Assembly (NCBI GenBank): GCA_043228905.1
Contig: JBHGNT010000005.1
Span: forward strand, 4,836,001 to 4,900,000
Source: Azolla caroliniana
Taxonomy: Eukaryota > Plantae > Polypodiophyta
Direction: 5' to 3'
DNA: 64,000 bases
Each line of letters opens with the position of its first letter. Within the stretch, counting starts at the first letter, position 1. The notes beneath the pieces were generated by a model. It was not told the origin of the DNA. It made no database searches and saw only the letters and a program-made list of their open reading frames with translations. Below are positions 1-10,740 of the stretch, one piece after another. A program made the position numbers and the translations under genes.

Positions 1-59
1 ATATAGAATGATATTTGAAGCAATAAAAGAGATTTATAATTATTTGATAAAAGAGTTAC

Positions 60-250
60 AAAATGATTGTACACGTCGTTGAACCTCCGAACTTTGTCTT
101 GCAAGGTGATCGCTCTTCTCTTTCTTGATCGTAGACCACTACAATCTTCACTTCAATATTTTGATGAAGATAAGGCTCGAACCACCTCCCTCTTGTTGAG
201 AGTTGACCACCACGACCGCCAAGCTAGAGCTCCACCTTTATGTTAAACTT
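60..250 (-). pseudogene. Degenerate retrotransposon gag C-terminal fragment, probably part of the copia element to the right
   Basis: The minus strand gives Gly/Arg-rich text (GGRGGQ, RGRWF) followed by EKSDHLARQ, which resembles a decayed zinc knuckle. Orientation matches the copia gag start at 1405. Confidence 0.3.
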
Positions 251-717
251 CTTCCCTTCTTTATCTATTTTTGTGGTATCTCTTATGTAATACATAATTT
301 GATTGATATCTCATACATATCCCCCTTTGGTCTTCTCTTTCACCATTTAAATAGGTGCCCCCATGCATATGATGCATTGGAGGGTACAAGTCATGCATGT
401 AGTGCATGAAATGCATGTGATGCATGATCGCCATTTGGCGTTCATGCATTACATGTGATGCATGATAAACATCTCGCTCATTTGAGCTTTTATGTATGAA
501 ACAATATATGAAATAACAATAAACATAAAAATATAATCTTAAAGAGAAAGGGCCTAGCCTAATGGTAGGTGTGTTGACTTTGGTGTGAGGTTGTGGGTTC
601 GAGTCTCAAAATGTTGTTGAATACAACATACAACTTTATTTTTATATCATGATGCAAATCCTTTATGTAATATAAAGTATGCTTTATTTTATGTATATTA
701 CTAGTATAGAGTAAATG

Positions 718-791
718 GTAAGATTTGAGAGTCATAGGGTGGGGTTATTGGTTCAAGTCCTCTCTTGTTCGTGTAATATAATATATTTATC

Positions 792-822
<31 letters not shown>

Positions 823-1069
823 TTTCTTTACATATATATCTAATATTATCATATGTGTTGTTAATATTATCTTTATATATAAAACATTATCAAATGTTAT
901 TTTAGTTACGTATTTATCTTATTGTAGACTTTTAATGTGAAGCTTTCGTACTTCACGACACCGTGTCGACGGGTTGCTCTTCATGCGCTCCTTTGATGTA
1001 AGATTTGAGAGTCATAGGGTGGGGTTATTGGTTCAAGTCCTCTCTTGTTCGTGTAATATAATATATTTA

Positions 1070-1116
<47 letters not shown>

Positions 1117-1291
1117 TTTCTTTACATATATATCTAATATTATCATATGTGTTGTTAATATTATCTTTATATATAAAACATTATCAAATGTTATTTTAGT
1201 TACGTATTTATCTTATTGTAGACTTTTAATGTGAAGCTTTCGTACTTCACGACACCGTGTCGACGGGTTGCTCTTCATGCGCTCCTTTGAT
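718..1291. repeat. Direct tandem duplication, 2 copies (718-997 and 998-1291)
   Basis: The copies read identically except for the length of the internal (TA)n tract. Confidence 0.95.
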
Positions 1292-1735
1292 GTAGCTCCA
1301 ATAGCCTTGTCTGACAAGGTATTGTTGCATCTTGTACTCCCAAGATGCGAATTTGTTTCGATCCAACTTCTCGGTAGGGAGAGTGCTCCCCATTTGAGTA
1401 TTCATTATGTCAATTCTTCTTCTTCTTCTTCTCTCTTTGAATGCGAGCTATGTAGCGAAGCTACATTAGCGATTAGCCGGTTCTTGGTCGTCAGCGTGGA
1501 GCACAACACATGATCACGATGAGGCGAATGAGCTAGATCGAACTACCAAATCGCTCGGATACCATGTAAAGAATCAAGAGATGGATTCTTGTGAAGCGGA
1601 ATAGCTGTGAACTATGTGTGTGTGTGTGTGTGTGTATGAGATAGAGAGAGACACACACACACACACAAAGTATACGCAAGGCTAAGTATATTAACAAAGG
1701 AGAAAGACACGACGTTATACAAGGTGGGAGGAGGG

Positions 1736-1824
1736 TGTCAGGAATAGTACTAAACTAGAGATGGAATTAGTACTAAAGAAGAGCAGTACTATTAGTACTA
1801 AGAGGACGGGACTGCGTAAGACTC

Positions 1825-1876
<52 letters not shown>

Positions 1877-2208
1877 AAAAGAAAGATAGCGAGGATGAGA
1901 GAGACAGAGAGATGATGATAACAGCCAATATATTATGTGAAGGATAAGTACAAAATGGCTAAGAGGCTTAAGACTGGCATTGAACCAATTTGGTTCAACA
2001 TAATGCCTAGTGCCTTCTTTTATAGTGTTCTCAGGAGTAATCCTGAAACTTCTAGAATGTTCCAGAGAAATCTGGAATATAAATTACTTTCTTATAATAA
2101 AACATAAATGAAAATAATATACTATGAATTAAAATAGATGGTGTGATGGTTAAGAGCTCGACCCATATATCATAAGGTCATGGGTTCGAGTCTTGCCATA
2201 TCATGACA
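1736..2208 (-). repeat. 3' LTR of the chromovirus
   Basis: Direct repeat of 6960-7406 with about 20 substitutions by eye plus a longer (GA)n tract; adjacent to the PPT. Confidence 0.95.
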
Positions 2209-5200
2209 CTATCCCCCCCTTAAGACGACGAGTGGAACGAGCCGACGTTGATTGAGGTCCGGGTTTGTCGGGATACTGTCGGTGAAAATCAGCAAGAAGA
2301 TCCTGAGCATTGACAACATACTCGACGGGCTCCCAAGTACGTTCGCTCGAACTATAGCCGAGCCAATCGACCAAATAGTAAAGTTTGTTGCGAACAAATT
2401 TGGAGTCGAGGATGGCAGCAACTTCATACTCCGGGTCGGCGTCAAACTCAAGCGGGGGCAGTGGTGGTGTAACACGATCGAGAATAGTGTTTGCTTTATA
2501 AGGTTTCCAGAAGAGAACAATGGAAGACTGGATGTATCCGAAGATGCGGAGGAAGATCAAGGCGGAACGTGACATCATTAACCTTACCGGTAATACGAAA
2601 AGGACCGAGTCGTCGATAATCCAACATGTCACACGGTCGAGTAGTCTTGATGTGACGACGTAAGAGCCATACTTGATCTCCGATGGCAAAAGAGGAGGGA
2701 AGCCGATGACGATCCGCGTAAGTCTTCTGTGTCTGTTGAGCGTGACGAAAATAAGTCGAGAGATCCCCGGCACGAGGATTGGTAGGTAGCTCCGGGGTGT
2801 CGATCACCGACCAGCGAGGATGAGAACCGGTATAAGCGTAGAATGGGGAGACTCGAGCCGAGGAGTGAACAACATTATTATACGTAAACTCTGCAAAGTG
2901 GAGAATCTCGGCCCAATCGTCCTGTTGATAACTCAGGAAACACCGGAGATATTACTCCAGTGTTTGGTTTGTTCGTTCTGCCTGCCCATCGGTCTGAGGA
3001 TGGTAGCCGGAGGAGAGGTTGCAAGAGACCTTGAGCATCTTGAAGAGATGCTGCCAAAATTTGGAGACAAATTGTGGTCCTCGGTCACTGATGATACTGT
3101 CTGGGAGACCATGATGCCGAAATACCTCACGCATGACAAGGGCTTCGGTTTCCTCGCTAGTGATAGCCTTAGTACACGGTACAAAATGTGTCATCTTCGT
3201 ATATCGATCGACGACGATTAAGATAGCATCGAACCCCTTCGAGACCGGAAAATCTGTGATAAAATAAAGACAAATAGACTGTCACGGCTCACTTGGAATC
3301 GGTAAGGGTTCCAACAAGCCATATGGATGGTGTCGTGGCATCTTTGCTCGGCAGCAAGCATCACAGGTCCGAACGTAGTCATCGACAAAACGGCACATGT
3401 CGGACCACCAAAAATATCACTGCACTAGCTCCAACGTCTTAGTACTACCGAAATGTCCCGCCGTATGGGTGTCGTGACAATTCTAGACGATTTGAAGGCG
3501 ACAGGAGCAATCGGGAACATATACGCGCTTTTTAAAGAATAACAAACCATCATGATATTCGAATTGTCATTAGTCAATACCTGGTTGTTGAGACTGAGAA
3601 CAAGATGCCTGAGAAGTATCAATGTGCGCCAGGATGTCTTGAGCAAAACTATCCATCTTCAAGTTTGCATGTATGTCATCGGTAATCCATGAATCCAGCG
3701 GGGTGTGAAAAATCCGCGTCATGTGCAATCGTGTTGGTCCCAAGATTACTTACTTTTGATTATCAAATGCTGGATCACCAAGACGAGGTGCAAGATATGA
3801 ACGTCGTGATAGTGCATCTGCTTTTCCTTGTTGCTTCCCTGGTTGATATGTGATTTTGAAGTCGAAACGCATGAGGAATTGCGCCCACCGAGCTTGCCGT
3901 CGATTTAGTACGCGAGCGTTTTGGAAATAAGCAAGATTTGTATGATCACTAAAGACATTGACCTGATGTGGAGAGCCCTCTAAGAAATGCCGCCATTGCA
4001 CAAATGAAACCACGATGGCTAATAACTCCTTGTCATGTATTTCGTAGTTGATTTCCGCGACATCGAATTTGCGCGAATGGAAAACCACAGGATGTAACTC
4101 TTCTTTATCTCCTTGTTGAGAAAGGATGCTACCAAGGGCGAAATCTGATGCGTTGGCCTCCATGATGAATGGTTTGCTTGTATCCACATGAGCTAGAATC
4201 AATGTTGATGTAAAGGCTTTCTTAAGATGTCGAAAAGCCATATCTACTTCATTGGACCAAAGAAATGCTTGTCCCTTCTTCGTAAGTTGTGTGAGAGGTA
4301 AAATAATCTTCGAGTAATCCTGTATAAACTTACGGTAGAAGTTAGCAAAACCTAGAAAACATTGTACATCTCGTACCGACCTTGGAATTTGCCACTCTAG
4401 TACAGTTTGGACTTTAGCTGGATCCATGGCGATGCCCTTTGAGGAGATGATGTAGCCTAGAAATTCCACTTGCTTGCAGTCAAAGCTACATTTTTCTAGC
4501 TTGGCATAAAGACCATTCTCGCGGAGTCGCTTTAGTATTAAAAGTACATGAGAATCGTGCTCTTCCTGGGTCTTCGAATAAATTAGTAGATCATCCAGAT
4601 AGATGATCAAACAGATATCCAAGAGGTCTCTGAATATATCATTTGCCATGTGTTGGAAGACTGCGGGTGCATTGGTTAGGCCAAACGGCATAACAGTATA
4701 CTCGAAATGGCACCCATACCGCGTGCGAAAGGCGGTCTTCCATTCATCTCCCGGTCGGATCCGCACGAGGTTATACGCTCCTCGTAGATCGATTTTGGTA
4801 AAAAACTTGGCACCATTAACTCGCTCTAAAAGACTTGATATAAGAGGAAGTGCATACCTATTCTTGACGAGACGAGAGGAAGTGAGCCATCTTTCTTCTT
4901 GACAAAGAAGATGGGTGCACCAGCCGGAGATTTCGAATGACGGATAAACCCGTTTGCCAAGTTCTCCTCTATGTAGGCTCGAAGGACTTCTAACTCGGTG
5001 GGTGACAAGTTGTAAATTGGTCCCCATGGTGGCTCGGTTCCTGGTTGTAAATCGATGGGACAGTCATAGGGACGGTCATGAGGAAGGGTACCAGCTTTTA
5101 CCTTATCAAATACATCGGCATAAGGATGATATTTTGCCGGAAGTTGTACTGAGGAGTCCTTCTTAATAGTGTTGGAAGGATGTACTGATATTGCAAATAG

Positions 5201-5736
5201 GAACATTGCCTCCTTGTGTCCTTCTTCGCGTAATTGATGGAGTGAAATGGTCGAAACTCGGTGAGTAGATTCTTGGGATGGTCGATATCGGACTTCTCTT
5301 GTTCTCCAATCTATGGTTGGACTATGTAATTCAAACCAAGGTAATCCTAGGACAATGGGATGCTCTGGACTACGAATTATATTAAATGATACTACACACG
5401 CAAAACTAGCTAGGACAACTTGAATGGGTTTTGATTCTTCTACAATATTCCCGGAAGCAATGGGGCGACCATCAATGACTACTACAGATGCGGGACAAGG
5501 AAGTGTTTTCTTAAGGATATCTGAGAAGCTTGGGCAAAATTTTGATCCATCAAATAGGAATTAGCTCCAGAATCTAAAAGTGCTAGGACGGGTACTGGGG
5601 GAGTACTTTTAGTACTAACAATGACTTGGGCTAGGAACACATTGCTAACTTGCTTGGAAGGAATGGAACCACTAATGGGCTGTACAGATCTAGGGTTGTT
5701 GTCCAACCAAACGACTCCTATTTTGGTTGGACTCAA
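2201..5736 (-). pseudogene. pol of the chromovirus (protease, RT, RNase H, integrase, chromodomain), broken by frameshifts and stops
   Basis: Protease ALLDSGA. RT KIDLRGAY, MPFGLTNAPA and YLDDLLIYS. RNase H DKELLAIV and ADALSRR. Integrase HGLPDSIISDRGPQF, HPQTDGQAER and LGPFRI. Chromodomain YEVAAILDS...YLVDWLGY...TWEP. These are spread over several frames. Confidence 0.95.
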
Positions 5737-6890
5737 TCGTTTAACTCTTCATCTAATTGACTAAGGATTTCAAATTTGTTTGAGATACTTGGGCTATTAG
5801 TACTATGAATACTATATGACACTCTATTAGTACTATTAATACTATCAGACACTCCGAAGGGAAGAATTGACTCGGGTTTAGTACAGGCGACGATTTGATT
5901 TACCTGTCTTCTTGGCCTATGGGGACAATTGATGGCGATATGCCCTGGTACATCGCAATAAAGACATAATCGATTGGCACGTCGTCGTTGCTTTTCTTCT
6001 TCCGATAACGGGCCGCGTCGACACATGGTGTCGATCTCCATCGGTGTTGGAATATTGGCTTGAGGTACATCGTGTGCAAACGGTTTAGCCGTGACTGAGG
6101 CGTATGTGGGTTCCAGCCGAGAGTGTGGTATTTGTAACTGACGTTCCAAAAGTCGTTCCAAAAGGCGGTTGTCGCATCGGACCGCTCGACTGATTGCCTC
6201 CGTAAGAGACTTTGGTTCTTCGAGGAAGGTTAAAAGCAAGTCTTTGACATCGTTGCGCAAGCCGTAGCAAAACTGCTCCATGAGGGCCTGATCATCCTAG
6301 GGGATATCTGAGGCGAGTAGACGGAAATCTGCCGCGTAGGCAGAGGCTAGACGATCGCCTTGACGCAATCTTCGGATCTTGTTGATCGTCATCGTGATGT
6401 TGTCGGTATCTCCAAAGCAGGTTTTAAACTCACCAATAAAATCTTCAAAGTTATTAAGCAAGGGCGATTGTTTTTCTAGAAGCGGAGCGAACCATGCCAA
6501 GGCTAAGCCGCTAAGTAACGTGCCTATTAGGCCGACTCGAGATGCATCAGTGGGATATCGGGAAGGCTGCATCTGGATGACTAAGCGTACCTGATTAAGG
6601 AATCCCCGGAATTGCGATCGCGTTCCATCAAATTTCACAGGAAGTCCAATCTTGGGCTCTTTATGAAATCCTTCGGGACTTGATCCTTGTTGTTGCAATG
6701 CCGCTTCGAGTTGTTGCACCCGTAACCCTAACTCCCCATGTTGTTGCTGCGTTTGTTGTTTATCTAGAGCGATTTGTTGCAGATCCCCTATCAGCCGTTG
6801 GTTTTCTTGTTCTAAGGCAACAAATTTTTCTTCTAGGCATTGTAGCTCGGAGAAAACGGATTGGTATTCTTGGGCACTAACAGTAGCCAT
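5733..6890 (-). pseudogene. gag of the chromovirus (PEG10/sushi-like capsid plus CCHC knuckle) with one in-frame stop at 6297-6299
   Basis: EPKIGLPVKFDGTRSQFRGFL, LRQGDR..SAYAADFR, PMEID and CLYCDVPGHIAINC. The two ORFs are in the same frame, separated by a TAG. Confidence 0.93.
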
Positions 6891-6959
6891 AGTATAGGGA
6901 AAAGGGTAGGAGGATGAGGGAGAACGACAAGTAGGCTGGAGGAAAAAATTGGTTCAAAT

Positions 6960-7406
6960 TGTCAGGAATAGTACTAAAGCAGAGATGGAATTAGTACTAA
7001 AGAAGAGCAGTACTATTAGTATTAAGAGGACGGGACTGCGTAAGACTCCCGAGAGAGAGAAAAAGAGAGAAGACAAAAGAGAGATAGTGAGGATAAGAGA
7101 GTGAGAGAGATGATTATAATAACCAATATATTATGTGAAGGATAAGTACAAAATGGTTAAGAGGCTTAAGACTGGCGTTGAACCAATTTGGTTCAACATA
7201 ATGCCTAGTGCCTTCTTTTATAGTGTTCTCAAGAGTAATCTTGAAACTTCTAGAATGTTCCAGAGAAATCTGGAATATACATTACTTTCTTATAATAAAA
7301 CATAAATGAAAATAATATCCTATAAATTATAATACATGGTGTGATGGTTAAGAGCTCGACCCATATACCATAAGGTCATGGGTTCGAGTCTTGCCATATC
7401 ATGACA
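6960..7406 (-). repeat. 5' LTR of the chromovirus, with TATA box (TATAAAAG, minus, from 7222)
   Basis: Direct repeat of 1736-2208; lies upstream of gag. Confidence 0.95.
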
Positions 7407-7989
7407 GAGGGTGCTTTATATAGTCACCCTCTCTCTTCATTAACTACAAGACTCATGGAGCATGGGGAATGTGAAAGCTCATAAGTTATGTGTCATAGAA
7501 TATGATTTTATGACTCATACTAAATGTTAGAATACAAAGAGGTGACATAATAGTGACTCTTGACCGTTAGAGTGTCTATTCACTCTCAAGGTGAGTTCAC
7601 ACACTACACCAAGTTGAGCTTGATTCTCAACACTGATCATCTTATGATAGTTAACCATATGTCGGAGATAGAATTAGTTGACCATATGATAGTTGACTAT
7701 AGAAGACTTAGTTCACGCTTTTGGACCAAAGGATATAGACTCCGAAAGGTTGTAGATGGGTCTTTTCTAATGAAACCATGCAATGTTATGGCAAGACATA
7801 AGGAGTGAAATTGTAGCCACGTGTGGATCTAATATAGTCGATAGATAGTGATTTGCCTTTATCCAACAATGGTTGTCCTCTCGTTTTCCTAAGTTAGTGA
7901 GCCTCCATATAAACTTGAACTATCGTGTCCCTACTAGGGTTCGTATATAACATTCTCATGTATAAAATTTTAACATGTCATTTGAGATA

Positions 7990-8550
7990 CAAATTTTAGA
8001 AATGAAAAGCTATACATATATAATTCACAAAGTATGCAAAGATACTCAAATAACCATAACTACCTCACAAAAATAATGAAATACATGAAATATATATCGT
8101 GTTAAGTTTTTTCAGCCAAAGCCCAAACAAGATATTTATCAATAATCAGAAATCATTCTTGCATAGTAGTTATAATAAGCTTCAAACAAAGAATAATCAA
8201 CATATAACATAGAGAATAATATTAACTTAAAGAACATCGTTTTGAGAATATATAGGACCATTTCTTTAAGTATATTGTACAAAACATAGAATATATACAT
8301 ATGACATGGAAATTAGTTTATTAGCATTTCATTACAGTAATATATAATTTTAAGTGTCCTTTCACATAAAAATGAAATTTAAACTTTCATATGTTACTTT
8401 ATAAACATTTTTGTTGTGTGCATGTTTTTAACATGCAAAATGAGCAAACTGTCAAATTTTTGCCATGGCCTTACTTTCTCTCTCTATCCCAAGATGTAGG
8501 TAGTAGATTTTAACTATTATATTAATAGAGTTGATCAACACCCTCAAAAT
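7990..8550 (+). repeat. Diverged duplicate of the upstream region of HSPA12-like gene 1 (about 10870-11420)
   Basis: Shared blocks such as CTACCTCACAAAAATAATGAAATACATGAAA and CTATCCCAAGATGTAGGTAGTAGATTTT occur in the same order in both places. Confidence 0.85.
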
Positions 8551-9726
8551 GATGCATGTTTGCCATTTGGTGCTCATGCATCACATGTCACTCAATCAAG
8601 CTCTAATATGAGAATTTACATGTAAAATTATAATGATAGGAAAAATATTTTTAAGGAAATGATATAGCCTAGTGGTAAGTATATTGCCTCTTATCTTGGA
8701 GGTGCAAGGTTCAAGCCATGCTTGCATCCATTTGTATACAAACTTTTACTAGGTTTTTTTTAGTCTAGATATTTTGTTCGTTTCACACCGAAATCGTCGC
8801 GATCAACCTATCCGATCGATCCGTCTATCCGGTCCGCTTTTGACCCGGTGATCTGGTCTATCCATTCCAATTTCGGTTCCGTCATCGTCCGGCTCCGTCC
8901 AAAACACTATTTTGAATATTTTGGCTGCATCCTTTTATCCAAGTTAGACAACCCAACCCTTCTATGCTCCTAGCACTTAAATGAAATATAAAGAGATATG
9001 GCTCTACATATATAATCTTACATCCTGATGTTGTTCTATCTATGTGGGATATCTCAATTTTGTTTTTTTCTCTTCTTCTTCTCAAACTTCACATTCACAT
9101 AACTTGACACTAATTTTTCCATTTCACATGTAGTAAAATGCATTCGTAAGCTCTTGAAGACATCCATCTTTTCGTTCCAAGATATAAAATAATATCTTCA
9201 TTATTATTGTTCCATATTGTGTGTGAAGAACCGTGACACTCGATTTTGTACATTCCATGCAAATTTGACACTGTGGGCAAAAATCTTTACGACAACGTAA
9301 ACATTCTATCACAAATCGCGGTGAACATATTACGTCGCTTAGCGTAAGCGGAGGGGAAACGGTACGTGGGAGACGGTTACAACCGATTTCCTTCGCACAA
9401 TGCGTTGCCTTCATACATACATGCTTATGTGATTACCACAGACAAAAAATACGTAAAGAAGAACACTCATACACAGCAAGTCAGAAACAATACGACTATA
9501 TTTCACAGGTTACCCAAACTACACTCCCATTTACAAGTTTTTTATGCCCTTTATATACATGGTCTTGGTCGGTTACGCTTGGTGCGTGAACCATTACAGG
9601 CATTCAAAAACGCTTCATCTTAACACTTCGTCCTCATCATTACGCTACGGATGATTCTGACTCCACTCCTTCCCTTTCTTCCACCTTTTCCCACTTAGGC
9701 GAACAACAATTTGCTATTTCTTCACT

Positions 9727-10740
9727 TTGACAAAGGCGCTAGTTAGTAGGAAGTCTATTTTGCAGTCAACGGTGGCTTTGTCTACAATAGATGTAGAGTA
9801 TATGGCAATTACAGAGGTTGTGAAAGAAGCAATTTGGCTTCATCGGTTGCTTAAAGACTTGGGATTTGATCATAAACAACTTGATGTGTATTCTAACAGT
9901 CAGGGTGCCATGCATTTGGCAAAGAACCAAGTCTTTCACTCACGAAGGAGCACATTGATGCTTATTATCATTTTGTGCAGGAAATTCTAAAAGAGGAGAA
10001 GATACATCTCCAGAAGATTGATACTAAGGAGAATCTTGCAGATATGCTGACCAAGGTGGTTACTGTCAGGGATAGTACTAGAGGCAAGGAGAATTAATAC
10101 CAAAGATAGAGGAGAAGAATGAGGATTAGTAATAAGAAGGGAAATAGTGTGTGAGAATCACGAGAGGTGAAGAGAGAGACTGAGAGAGAGTAGAGAGAGA
10201 ATGATGACAACAAGAAGTATATTATATTATATGAAGAAAGATTCAAGAACAACTAGGAGGCTTAATACTAGCGTTAAACCGAATTGGTTCTGAAAAATGG
10301 CATGTGTCTCTATTTATAGTATTGTCATGAGTACTCCTTAAGTTTTAGAATGTTCTAGAGTAATCTAGAATATATACATGACTTTATTATAATGTAATAA
10401 TAAATTAAAATAATATCTTTTATATTACAATGTATGGTTTAATGGTACGGATTCAACCCTTTTAACACAAGTTCATGGGGTGAAATCCTTTTAGAGCCAT
10501 ACCTTGCCATATCATGACAGTTACAAGGGCCAAGTATGAACATTGTTTACACTTCGTTAATATCCAACACATTTAAAGTTGGCGCCTCACGACGTAGATT
10601 TGAAGGCACGTCGTTTTATTATTTCTTTGAGAAGATTTGTATTCGGAAGGGTTTAGGGTTTAGGGATTGTGCCAAGGTGGAGATTTGTTAAGTTTTTGGC
10701 CCATTCTTTAGCCCACATAGTTTGGGGAGGACATAGTTTT
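9727..10740 (+). mobile_element. Ty1/copia 3' remnant (RNase H, PPT, start of 3' LTR), interrupted by a solo LTR
   Basis: SRKSILQSTVALST..EYMAITE..KEAIWL, AKNQVFHSR and ENLADMLTK. The reading continues after the solo LTR (RAKYEHCL). PPT AAGGTGGAGAT near 10675 is followed by TGTT. Confidence 0.9.
10064..10519 (-). mobile_element. Solo LTR of a related, diverged chromovirus subfamily
   Basis: Same TGTCAGG...TTGCCATATCATGACA ends and internal layout as the LTRs at 1736 and 6960. TSD GTTAC at 10059-10063 and 10520-10524. Confidence 0.93.

Larger units (their letters stand above)
1736..7406 (-). mobile_element. Full-length, decayed Ty3/gypsy chromovirus (Tcn1/sushi/Tf1-like)
   Basis: Two LTRs (1736-2208, 6960-7406) with TGTCA...TGACA ends. 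5-bp TSD GAGGG at 1731-1735 and 7407-7411. PPT at 2209-2220 (minus AGGGGGGGATAG). Domain order is gag-PR-RT-RH-INT-chromodomain. Confidence 0.97.
1250..7952 (-). mobile_element. Ty1/copia LTR retrotransposon 5' part (5' LTR, tRNA-Met PBS, gag N-terminus); its LTR is interrupted by the gypsy element
   Basis: PBS TGGTATCCGAGC on the minus strand at 1564-1553 directly follows an LTR end (...TTTACA at 1565). From 1405 the minus strand reads MNTQMGSTLPTEKLDRNKFASWEYKMQQYLVRQGYWSYIKG, a copia gag N-terminal motif. LTR sequence resumes after 7411; its far end near 7952 (TATAACA) is approximate. Confidence 0.75.

Noticed and set aside
2139-2200. Functional tRNA genes at the A/B-box sites (also 555, 8665, 51104)
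   Set aside because: No complete acceptor and anticodon stems could be formed, and all lie inside repeats.
10648-10665. Telomeric repeat GGGTTTAGGGTTTAGGG
   Set aside because: Only about 2.5 units inside a copia 3' UTR; not a telomere or a meaningful interstitial array.
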